DNA of 64,000 nucleotides, from NCBI RefSeq assembly GCF_009914755.1, contig NC_060932.1. The stretch is one strand, 5' to 3'. The translations under genes were made by a program, and so were the position numbers. Within the stretch, counting starts at the first letter, position 1. The number at the start of each line of letters is the position of its first letter. Of the stretch, positions 12,641 through 23,500 are shown one piece after another. Source of the DNA: the human T2T-CHM13v2.0 reference genome, Homo sapiens. The notes below the pieces were generated by a model. That model was given only the letters and a program-made list of their open reading frames with translations. It was not told the origin of the DNA and ran no database searches.

Positions 12641-13859
12641 AAAATAAATTTAAAAAAAAAACATTAGGCATAGTAGCCAAATGTGGAAGGAATCAAAATG
12701 TACATAAACTGATGAATGGATAAAGAAGATGTGGTATATCTGCACAATGGAATATTATTCAGTCATAAAAAGGAAAGAGCTATTAATTCACGTGACAACT
12801 TGAAAACATTATGCTAAAGGAAGAAGTTAGTTACAAAAGACCACACATTGTATCATTCCATTTATACGAAATGTCCAGAATAGGCAAATGCACGGAGAAA
12901 GTAAATTAGTGGTAACCTAGGGATGAGGGGAGGAAGGAATGAGGAGTGGCTGCCAACAGAGTTTTTTCTGGGGTGATGAAAATGTTCTAAAATGAAAATG
13001 TTCTAAAAAAAACCTGATGAATTGTACACTTGGAAATAGTGGATTTTATGATGTGTGGATTTTATGATGTGTGAATTATATCTCAATTAAGAAAAATTTA
13101 AAATGCCCCAAACAAAGCAAAGCAAAACAAAATGTGATAACACCTAAAAGTATGTAGCATATAACAGGTGCTCAAGAAACATAAATTTTTCTCTTAAAAA
13201 TTATGTAAACCTCAAAAATACACAATAAAATTTACTTTAAAAATCACTCCTTGGATAATTCAGAGTTTCTCCGAGTATTTTTCAAGTATGTGTTACTCCA
13301 TATAGCTGGGAAAACAGCTCCACCTCCTTTCAATAGTGTGAAAAGTGTAATAATAAAAGCCTCGCTCGTTACTTATAGGTCTTTTCTCTAGATATTATAT
13401 TTCTCACACTTCAGTGAATCTACCTAAGGTTGTCTGCAAGATTCTCTTCAGTATGAGGCAGTGGCTAACTAAACTTGGTAGCTCTTCCCAGCCATCTCCT
13501 GGGTTTGTAGAGTTCTCTTATTCTATAGCATAATACATACAAATACATTTAGTACCAAATAAACCCTCAACCATTGCTCCCTCTGCTTTTATCCCTAAAC
13601 ACATATGTTTCAGCATAAAACACTTTCTTGGACTCAATGAGAGCACTGCTGATAATACAGATGTCTGCACATAAAACCTGATATTCAGGCTGGGTCACTA
13701 CATCTGTGAAGGTCCTGCAGCAATGCCCAGAAGCCCACTTCTACTCTTCTATCTCCATCTTCTCTCTGAGCAAAGCTTTAGAGACTTGGGTGGTGGCCAT
13801 AGTGACTACAGTTAATATATAAAAACCTTTTAAAACTAGCTTTTGAAGTTTTTTCCATT

Positions 13860-13923
13860 TCTCCTTTCTTCCTTCTTTCCTTCCTTCCTCCCTCCCTCCC
13901 ACCCTCCTTCCCTTCTTTTCTTT
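13860..13923. repeat. Polypyrimidine (TTCC/CCCT) low-complexity tract
   Basis: Nearly pure C/T over ~60 bp. Confidence 0.9.
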
Positions 13924-14154
13924 ATTCACTTATCTATTTAGCAATAAACATTTATTTAATATAGACTACATGCCAGGTACAACACTAGAAGCTGAAGATA
14001 CACTGAATGGAAAAAGAAATGCCTACAAGGAGGTAATGCTTTGCTTTAAAATGCACACATCCCCTATAAGCTTTCAGAAGTCCAACTCTGGCTGAAGTGC
14101 AAGTTATTTGGGTTCTGGTTTTCTAGGTGCTGGTGATAAAAATTGTTGATTTAG

Positions 14155-14470
14155 GGCCAGGTGCAGTGGCTCATGCCTATGATCCCAGCACTTTGGGAGG
14201 CTGAGGCGGGTGGATCACTTGAGCCCAGGAGTTCAAAACTGGCCTGGACAACATAGGGAGACCCTGTCTCTAAAAAAAAAATACAAAAATTGGCCAAGCA
14301 CACTGGTGTGCACCTGTAGTCTCAGCTACTCAGGAGACTGAGGTGGGAGGATTGCTCAACCTGGGAGATGGAGGCTGCAATGAGTTATGATTGTGCCACT
14401 GCACTCCAGCCTGGGTGATGGAGCGAGACCCCATCTCAAAAATATAAATAAATAAAAAACAAAAATAAAA
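14155..14470 (+). mobile_element. Alu (AluJ-like), full length
   Basis: Dimeric Alu with A-tail; degenerate TSD AAAAATTGTTGATTTA / AAAAAATGTTAATTTA. Confidence 0.95.
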
Positions 14471-15085
14471 AATGTTAATTTAAAAATAAATTCTGAGGCG
14501 TCTGCCATTAAGTTTAAATATCCTTCCATTTCTTTCCTAGTGTTTAAATTAGCTGTATGAAATAGATGTGTCTTTCTTTACTTTTAAAATTATTATTTAT
14601 TTCCAAATACATAGCATACATTTTGAGATCAATTCCTAAAATCTGTATAAATATCAAACTATAAAATCATGTTTATAATGTCCTATGCAAGTTCACTGTT
14701 TAAAGGAATAATGAAGTAAATGTTTATGTAAATTCAGAAAATACTCATAAGTGAGTTATAATTTCAATTTTATTTCTGGGGTTTACTTAAAGAGGGAAGG
14801 GTCATATTAACAACTGAATTTCCTCACAAATACATTCACACACATAGATCCTACTTCAATGGCAGGCACCATAAGTGCCTATCTTACATACTGACACTTG
14901 CAGGCATGTATGAGAAATATTATCCCCAAAATCATGAAAATCACGAATCAAAGCACAACACATTCCTTCTTCTGTGCTGTTATTTATGAATGAAATTGGT
15001 CCATGTTGAAATATCCATTGTTTTTATACGTTATATGCAACTTTTAACTGGCTAATAGACCACCAAAACAATTATTTGATTCCAG

Positions 15086-15379
15086 TTTTTTTTTTTGGAC
15101 AGGGTCTCACTCTGTCACCCAGACTGGAGTGAAGTGGCACAATCTCAGCTCACTGCAACCTTCACCTCACAGGCTCCAAGTGATTCTCCTGCCTCAGCCT
15201 CCTGAGTAGCTGGAATTACAGGTGTGCGCCACTACTGCCCGGCAAATTTTTGTATTTTTAGTAGAGATGGGGTTTCACCATGTGGGCCAGGCTGCTCTCG
15301 AACTCCTAACCTCAAATGATCCACCCGCCTCATCCTCCCAAAGTGCTGGGATTACAGGCATGAGCGACCACGCCCGGCC
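15086..15379 (-). mobile_element. Alu (AluS-like), full length
   Basis: Poly-T followed by antisense Alu ending CCCGGCC. Confidence 0.95.
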
Positions 15380-15627
15380 TGCTTCTGTTTCTAATTGCAT
15401 TTCCACTCTTTGGAAAACGCTTCAAATAAATTACAGCTATGTAATTACTATATTAAAATATGTGTTCTCCTTTTAAATAAGGAGAAATATGTCTTGATGT
15501 AATACTCTTTTCCTAATTTTAAAAGAATATTCCAATGCTAGATAGTCTTTAAAATAAATCAATTATTTTATGCCATCATTTCCCCATGTTTATGATCAAA
15601 CATCCTATTTAAAAAGTAATGATCGGG

Positions 15628-15930
15628 GGCCAAGCACGGTGGCTCACGCCTGAAATCCCAGCACTTTGGGAGGCCAAGGCAGGTGCATCGCTTGAGCCCA
15701 AAGGTAGAGACCAACCCGGGCAACATAGCAAAATCCCATCTCTACAAAAATAAAAATTACAAAAATTAATCTGGCATGGTGATGCATGCCTGTGGTTCTA
15801 GCTACTCAGGAGGATGAAGTAGGAGGATCGATTGACCCTGGGAGGTTGAGGCTGCAGAAAGCTGTGATCGCACCACTGCACTCCAGCTTGGGCGATACAG
15901 TGAGACCCTGTCTCCACAAACAAACAAACA
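15628..15930 (+). mobile_element. Alu (AluJ-like) with (CAAA)n tail
   Basis: Dimeric Alu; flanking direct repeat AAAAAGTAATGA at 15611 and 15930. Confidence 0.95.
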
Positions 15931-16979
15931 AAAAGTAATGAGCAAACCCAGATGTTGTGTATTTTTTTTGGAGGAAGGGGTGGATAGAGATACTCTTATT
16001 TACAGCCTTCTTTGAAGCCAAGAAACTATGAGGCCATAAAAATTTCTAATTTCTTTTTTATGGACCTGCTAAGAAAATGCTGGTTAAAACAAACATCAAC
16101 AACAAAAACTTATGTATTATTCTTTTTCAAATTTGATGGAATAACCAGCATTTTCAGTAGTATATATATGTTGAGCCACGGTTAAAGAAATATGTGAGAA
16201 TTGTTCTATTCAAAAAATATATATAAAATAGATTGTGAAACGAGAAAGCATTTTCCAAGGCAGGCTTATGCTTCTCCTTTAGCTGGAACTACTTCTCCTG
16301 TTCACTCTGCTGTGGGATGTGGATACAAACATCCCCAGGCATTCACTTTCTGCCAGGACATTTTTGTGGCTTAAACATGCACATAAGCAATCAGTTTTAT
16401 GCCTTCCAGTAAGAAATGGAACCAAATATTTATGGCACGAAGGGACTGCACATGTGTAACTGTGCAAAATTCACCACTCCATTCCTCCTCCTGGTTTGAT
16501 GAGCAATTCTGTTCTATAACGCTCTGGGATGAAACAGCTCCCGAGGTAGGCTTCCCAGGGCTCGGGGAGGAGGTGGTTTAACAATGACAGTGAGGGGAGT
16601 CCTACCAATGGCTAAGGTATTACTTCAACATTATACAACATCCAGAGCTTCTACAAAGTTTCAAAAAGTCTCAATAGACATGGGCACTTATCAAAGTTGT
16701 ATACTTTACCAAAACGTTTAAATTTTCTTATTTATCAACAGAAATTCAACCATTAAATAGGTAGTACAGTTTAGGGACGTTAAGCAGGCTTAGTGATCAC
16801 TTATCAGCTCTTCCAAAAGCTCTAAAATAAAAGACAGGAGAAACCAAATGGCTACCTACCTTCTCCTCTCTTAACTCTTGTCCACTGTCACAGAATACAG
16901 GTTGCCAGAAAAGCACAGCTCCCACTGGCACACACAGCCAGCATATGTACATATAAACAGGCACCAACATGAACGTATG

Positions 16980-16993
16980 GTTGCGATGGCAAC
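16980..16993. promoter_or_regulatory. RFX X-box motif
   Basis: GTTGCGATGGCAAC, one mismatch from the palindromic X-box GTTGCCATGGCAAC, in non-repeat DNA. Confidence 0.5.
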
Positions 16994-18753
16994 TGGGGGG
17001 GGGGGGGGGTGGTGGTTAAAGCTGGAATGTGGATGGCCTCCAAAGTCCTTTTCAACTGTAAATGCAATAGGCTTGTTTCTACTCATTGTTGCATCCAAGT
17101 GCCTGAGACATAGTAGGTACATGAAACAACATTTTCAATGCAATGACAATGGCATAAAAAATACCTCCACTTTAGTGTAGCCTGAGGAACTCACAAGTCC
17201 ACCACTAGCACCAGCTCAACAGTCATGGATCATCTGAGCACTGAGGCTGGACAGGCCCTTACTGCTCATCCAGTCCAACCTCCCCCATCTGCAGTGGAGT
17301 TAAGTGACTGCCACAGTAGGGGGCAGAGCCAGAGCAAGCCTCCTGCCTCCTAGTTCTTAGGTCAGAGCACCTTCCCCAGTACAGACGATGCTTATCACAC
17401 AGTTACTGTGAACACCCAAAGGGCCACCTTTCTGACATACCTCAAACATGTTTTTTCTGGAAGTTGCAGAGTATAGATATCCAAATCTTGTCTCAAAGGA
17501 TTGCAGTCAGTCAGCATCAACTGAATGTCCTCTGTGGCCAAAACATTATTAGAAAAAAAACTCACAGATGAAGTGGAAAGGATCACAGAAATGAATACGC
17601 ATATGCTAACAATAGGTACCTACCCCAAAGAGCCACAATACTATCCACTGTCGATTGCTCTGATTCTATTCTCATGAAGCAGCCTCTGGAAGACCAACGT
17701 AACATCAATGTTACCTCCATGTCAATAAGGGGATACCCTGACTAGCCCATTTAAGCATTTATGTCTCTGAAAGGGTTCACTCCTAACTGCAAATTAACAA
17801 ATGGATATTATCACTTACTCATGTCTTTTTTGAGACTATGTGTACATCAGTTTATGAGAGGGTGGTTAATCTGTATTCACTGACAAATTCAGACTCCAAG
17901 CTGTTGAAGCAGACCCCGGTGCACAGAGATGGAGCCCGGTCTGAGAGTGCTTCCCTTGACATGCCTAGGTCAGCTATCTATCTAAGAGCAACAGAAAATG
18001 GTCATGGACATTTCTCAGTGTGTCTTAGAGAAGTGGAGAGAGAACAGAATCTAGATCACAGTGGGCTGAGAGGATCACAGGTATAATTACGTAAAGGTCA
18101 GAATAAACTCAGGCTTGGATTCCACAGCTTCATCTGACTTTATCACATTGAGTACACCTTCAAAGACAGCAGAAGAGGGAAAAGTCTCCTGGAGTCATTT
18201 CCACACCTGTATTATAATTATCCATATTTTTTATGAGAGCAGATACTCAGATTATTTTTTCTTGCTACTGTCTACCCAGTACCAGGCACTGGACCTGGTA
18301 CATTATAGATGCTCTATAAATGTTTGAATGTATGTATGAATGAATGAGGTTCTGTAATTCTTCCAAACTGTTCTCGAGCCACATGTAACTCTTCCAGCCA
18401 CATGTTCCAGTTTACTAGGGTGAAAAATGCTTTTCCATTTTCTATTTCCAGAATTTCATATTTGGAGTCAAATCATTCAAAGCTGTCTCCTCATGGACTG
18501 AAGAGGCTGGTCAGGACTAGGCTTTGCCAAGTGTCCCAGCATTAAGACATCCTGCTTCTTTGCTCTCAGGGCAATGACCTTGTGGTCTCATTTGCAATCA
18601 CTGTTCTCCAAAGGAAGTCCCATTATCTTCACTTGCAGAGCCTAGCCAGAGTATGTCGTTCAGACATGATCTGCATTACAGAGTACTGTCATGCAGAAAT
18701 TGTGCAGGTCTGGCCATGGCTATTGGGAGACAACTGAGTGTCAAGCACTTGGG

Positions 18754-18890
18754 ATGTGTGTGCACATTTGTGTAAGTGTGCATGTGTGCATGCACATGTA
18801 TACATTTCTATATGTGTGCGTCCGTGTGTGTGTGCAGGTATGTATATGTGTGCACATATGTGCATACAGGCATGTGTCTTTGTGTGTGTT
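18754..18890. repeat. Degenerate (TG/CA) alternating purine-pyrimidine tract
   Basis: ~135 bp of GTGTGCACATGTATG-type alternation. Confidence 0.9.
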
Positions 18891-19339
18891 TTGGCAAGGA
18901 GGCAGCAATGGGGCTTGACACTGAGCCTTCAGAGGCCAGGCTCCCTCTTATCCAGACAGCATAGCTCAGTACCATACCTCTGCTTCACAACACTGCGCAA
19001 GTGAGATGAAACCTTGTAGATTATACTTAAATGATCCTTTCCTCTAACATTTCTAATAATAAACTGTATTGTGTATATTTAAGTTTATCTTTTACCTTTC
19101 AAAAGAAGTACAAAAATAACCATGTGCTTAAAGTTATGGGTGGACTAGGCATAGGGTGAGAAAGGACCATAAAATGGAATGGATTAACAATGAACTTAGA
19201 AGGTATATATTTCAAGAGCATTCAAGAGAAATACATGATTAAATAAATGGAGAACCATGCAATATATACACATACACATATATACGTGTGTGTGTGTAAC
19301 TTGTTTGCTGGTCTCCAAAGCCCACTGACTAGTTAACTT

Positions 19340-19500
19340 GATCTTCCTAGCAACCAAGCCTGTGAGGGAATTAGAGAGGTAACAGTCTTCCCATTTTAAG
19401 AAGAGAAAACTGAAGTCTAAAGTGATTTGCTGAAGGCCATCTGGCTAGTAAGTAGTGACAAGATGATAACCAGGTCTCTTGATTCCCAGACCAGTGTGTT
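19340..19500 (-). mobile_element. MIR fragment
   Basis: CCCATTTTAAGAAGAGAAAACTGAAG...GTGATTTGCTGAAGGCCATCTGGCTAGTAAGT. Confidence 0.6.
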
Positions 19501-20501
19501 TAGCTAATCTGTCCTCAATACGCGTTGAGGCTTGGAAGACAAAATTACCATCAGCTCTATTTCAAAGGGCAACTGAAAAGAAAGAAAAATAAGGCAGTGT
19601 GTTCAGCCTATTATTTTACTAAGCTCTCCAGATTCTCTACCTACTGAATATTTCATGAACATGAAGACCCCCTTTAATTGCTTCATTCCTGCCCCAAATT
19701 CATAAGAAAAGAAATAATTTAATATTGAATCTCTTGTAGAGTGAGGTGATTAGAAAATATCATCTGCAATAAACTTTTAATTACATGCTCAGGGTCAAAC
19801 ATTTGAAACCTTATTTTCATTAAACCAACACTGCCACCAACTCTGCTTTGTAATTTTAAATATGGCTTTTTCTATTTACCTCCACTCTATGTTCAGTACT
19901 GAAGCAAAACCTTCCAAGTCTGGCCTTGCTCTAGATAAGGAAGAACAGGGGAATTCTGCTAAAGTTGGAGCTCTGCATGAGTCTGAAAGGTGCAGAGGTA
20001 GGGTGGTAAATGAGAGTGCTATGAGGCCAGTGCAAGTCAGAATGCTGGCCTCGGGACTGCCTGTGCTGGTCCACAGTGAGAGACAGAAAGGAGAGGAAGA
20101 GCATAGAAACTCTTACAGCAATTTCACAGAATAATTTTGTCTGTTGAAGATAATAATAGAAAATTAGTTAATATTTCAAGTGTTTTTTATTTCTAGTCAT
20201 TTATTTTTACTGTATTTTGTGGAAGTATTGATCCAAAAAAATTGGAAGGAAATAAAGGAAGTGGTCTGTCTCTGCGTGTAGTTTGAGAAGCACTATGCTA
20301 GGCCACTCTGAGGCAGGTTTTATCTGGGAGGAATGTAATGGTTTCCCAGATTATCAAAGCTACCTGTATCAAAATGTAGGAACAAAAGTTATACATAAAT
20401 ACATATCTGTAATAACAAACTGCAGTTTTGATTGCCCGTTCTGTCCTGACTTCTGAGTACATGGGTAACGAGAAGTGGGCAATCCAGAAATGAACTGAAT
20501 C

Positions 20502-20509
20502 TGACGTCA
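20502..20509. promoter_or_regulatory. Full CRE palindrome
   Basis: TGACGTCA with an intact CpG in a CpG-poor background. Confidence 0.35.
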
Positions 20510-23500
20510 ATAATGCATAAGATAAGACATTTAAGCAAAACTCAAGGGTCCTGTTGAAAATCTGAAATTCAAAACAATTCGAACCCTTCAATTATATGCT
20601 GCTGACTAAAAATCAGCCATGCTGAGAAAGGAATGGCTGTCCCTGCCCTCCCTCTGCTTTTGGTAGCTGAGGTGAAACGAGCAGGTGGTTTCAGCTCAGT
20701 TCCTCATTTATAAACCGGCTCTGTGAAAAATACACACGCAAAGCCACTTGTTTGGCAGTCTCAGAAGAGGTCTGAGGACTGACCGGACATGAGCCACAAT
20801 TACCCTCTCACCCTGGAAGGAAGTCCCTGCAGGTTAGGGGCGATGTACATCAGTAGGTTAGGATGCAAAAACCCTGCACAGCTGCTGCCTACATTGGGCG
20901 GCGGGCTGAGGGAGAAGGAGGACATGTTCATTTCCAGATTACAAAACCAGCCCTAAAATGGAAGTGATCAGATTATCACTAATTTATGTTATTTAATCCC
21001 CCATGTTCTTCAGACTGCTAAATCTCTGTTATTTTAAGGAAGCATTGTAAGTTTTTGTCACCTTTTAAAAGTTGTGCACTTTTTAAAAAGAACAAAATAA
21101 AACATGTTATCAAATTCCTTTTTTTTTTTTTTTTTTTTTTTTAAGGAAAATAATGAACCCAGTGACAGTTAATGTGATTACTATGGCAATTTGTATGCAT
21201 ATGATATCGTGGACAGACAATGGATGTGTCATCAGCACCCGAAAACAGCCTGTTTCATGTTCTCTTGGGCTTGGCATTCCTGACAATGCAGACTCCCTCT
21301 AGTGGTCAAAGTAATACATGTAAATTCTCAGGTTGGTTAACAAAAAAAGGGCTATTTTGTAATCTGGCTGCTTTTAAAAGAAAAGAAAAATTTTTTGATG
21401 TGCAAAATGTTTTCAGGTACTTCAAATGATGTAATTAGATATAAATTTAAAAATGCAAAATGTAGATTCTATTCTTAAATTATCTAAATGTATATGATAA
21501 ATAGAACAGTTATAATTCTTATAATTTATTGGACATTAATTCATTCCTCTGAGTTTGTAATGCTAAATGTCCAGAACAAAGAAGACCCAACAACAGATTT
21601 ATTAACAGGGTCATGACTATTCTTTACCAATACAAGCACTTATCATTTAGGGGACTGGATTTCCACAGTTAGATAATTTCCAAAGCAGGTATGAGGTTAT
21701 CATACAGGGTCATTATTATCTGATGCCTGCACTGAAGGCCTTATTTTTAAATGCTGACCAAGACAGACAAGATGGTACTCACTTAGACCAGATGTTTTTA
21801 CATATTGAACTTATTGATTATGACAATACTTTTGGAAATCAAACATTTAGCCTTTATAATGAAACTACAGATTCCTAAAATATTGAAACAAAGTTCTGGT
21901 TAAAGGGGATAATATATGTGGAAACTATAAACTGCAAAGCAAAAAATCAGATATAAATTATTATTTTTACCACCTAATCCTCAGACCATCTTTTGCAGAT
22001 GAAAAATGAAACCCTGAGAACCAGGAAGCTCAAATGACTTGTTCATGGTCACTAAACTAGTCAGCAGGAAAGGAAATGAGAAGCCAGCTACTCTGAGCCC
22101 CAGTCTTTTTGGAATATGTATGGCTAAGGAGACATAGTGCTAGCTTTGTCAGTCTTCATCTTAGCATTGATTTGTGACTGTAAAGTATTTAGCCTGATTT
22201 CCATACGAAATAGTCCCATTCTTTGTGTCATATTGCTTACTTTTTTTTTCTTATATTTCATCAATTATTTAAGCACTTTCTGAAGCACTGGTTAACTGAC
22301 AGAACAAGTTCCTAGGTAATTCTTTTATGAGATGAACATGAGATGTTAAAAACTAATAATTGTAAAAATACATGCAAATTTCTGGTCTGAATGCTCTCTC
22401 AGTCACTGTGGACTTAACAGCTCAATTCTGGGTTTCTTGTACATTTCTGGAATTTTGTGAAAAATAAATGATGACAAAGCAGTAAAAGTGCTGTGAAATT
22501 GTGGCAAATGCTACAAACACAAGTTCTTGTTTTAGTTAGCCAAAGTTAAATCACACAGGGGAAAAAAAGGGTTTTATCTACTGCTTTAGTTTCCTGGAGG
22601 GTGAAGGAAAATAGAAACTGCCAATCTGTTTGGAGAATGAATGAAAATGGAAGAAAATCACAAATTCTCTCCACAACGTGTATTGCCTGGCAGGTTCTGT
22701 GTTAGGTGCTGGAGAATGCATTATCATTTTTCCCCTGAGAGTTTTGGCATTTGATTTGGACTAGAACTAAAATTGTGTTACAATCATAGCTGTGAACTCT
22801 TATAATTATACTCACATATAAATACAGTAATGGGTTGCCACTTCTTGGGGAAGGCCAAACACATTCTGACTCATTCAGTTTTTTATGACATGAAAATGTG
22901 TAAGCCCCCCTCCCGCTGTGTCAATCCAGACTGTAAACTCTGAGAGAACAGGACGTGTGTCTGTCTTGTCCATTTCTGTATAACCAACACCTAGGATAGT
23001 GCCAGGCACAGAGTCAGCATTCGTTTTGTGCTGGCTGAATTTGAACTCCAGGTTGGACATAATAAGAACTCACCTGGAGGGAGGAGGGCTGAAGGAATGA
23101 AGGAAGAACTAATAGCGCATGGGGCTGTTTTTGTGCCTTATCTAGGAGATACGCCACTGCTGCCAGGGAGAACAGGCTGTTGGGCTTCGTTTCACGAAAA
23201 GGCTGACCATGTTCACCAATATGTACCCAGAGACTATGTAGCATCCCCAAACTGTGCTCTACATTCCACACTATGGATGAAAAATACATGAGATCTCAAC
23301 CACTGATAGAAATGTCAGAAAAGCAGACAAGAGCTATCACCACGGACTCTTCAGAGTCAATACAAACCAAACAAACCAAAAACAAAACCAGTTTGTGCTC
23401 TTCAGTTTTCATTTTTTAAATCCTGACCAAGAGAGACAAGACAGGGCTCACATAGACCAGATATTTTCACAGACTGGACTTACTGATTACGACAATACTT

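Larger units (their letters stand above)
10580..12659 (+). mobile_element. SVA_F1 (MAST2-SVA) retrotransposon, 5'-truncated within the MAST2 segment
   Basis: Order: MAST2-derived GC-rich head, Alu-like segment (CCGCCTGCCTTGGCCTCCCAAAGTGCCGAG), GC-rich VNTR, SINE-R, AATAAA at 12635-12640, A-tail. TSD AACATTAGGCA at 10569-10579 and 12660-12670. No (CCCTCT)n hexamer head. Confidence 0.96.
10215..13100 (+). mobile_element. Old L1 (L1MB/L1M-type) ORF2 3' end and 3'UTR, split by the SVA
   Basis: AGACATTTCTCCAAAGAAGATATAC, AAAACCACAATGAGATACCAC and GACCCAGCAATTTCACTACTAGGTATATACCCAAG on the left; continues colinearly after 12670 (GATGAATGGATAAAG..., AATGTCCAGAATAGGCAAAT). Confidence 0.88.

Noticed and set aside
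10363-12647. Many long overlapping ORFs (up to 192 aa)
   Set aside because: They arise from the stop-poor GC-rich SVA VNTR, SINE-R and the flanking L1 remnant. They are not genes. The MAST2-frame ORF (10548-10814) has no ATG start.
12977-13070. Micro-tandem duplications (TGAAAATGTTCTAAAA x2, GTGGATTTTATGATGT x2); similar ones at 43403-43460, 56811-56877 and 60692-60729
   Set aside because: Ordinary slippage duplications, mostly within or next to decayed repeats.
17313-17326. CTCF-like motif ACAGTAGGGGGCAG (also ACAAATGGTGGCGC near 36935)
   Set aside because: Imperfect matches, the first within MIR-like sequence. A motif alone is insufficient.
21205-21250. REST half-sites (GGACAG, TCAGCACC); also TCAGCACC on the minus strand near 28200
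   Set aside because: Halves are in the wrong order or spacing, or unpaired.
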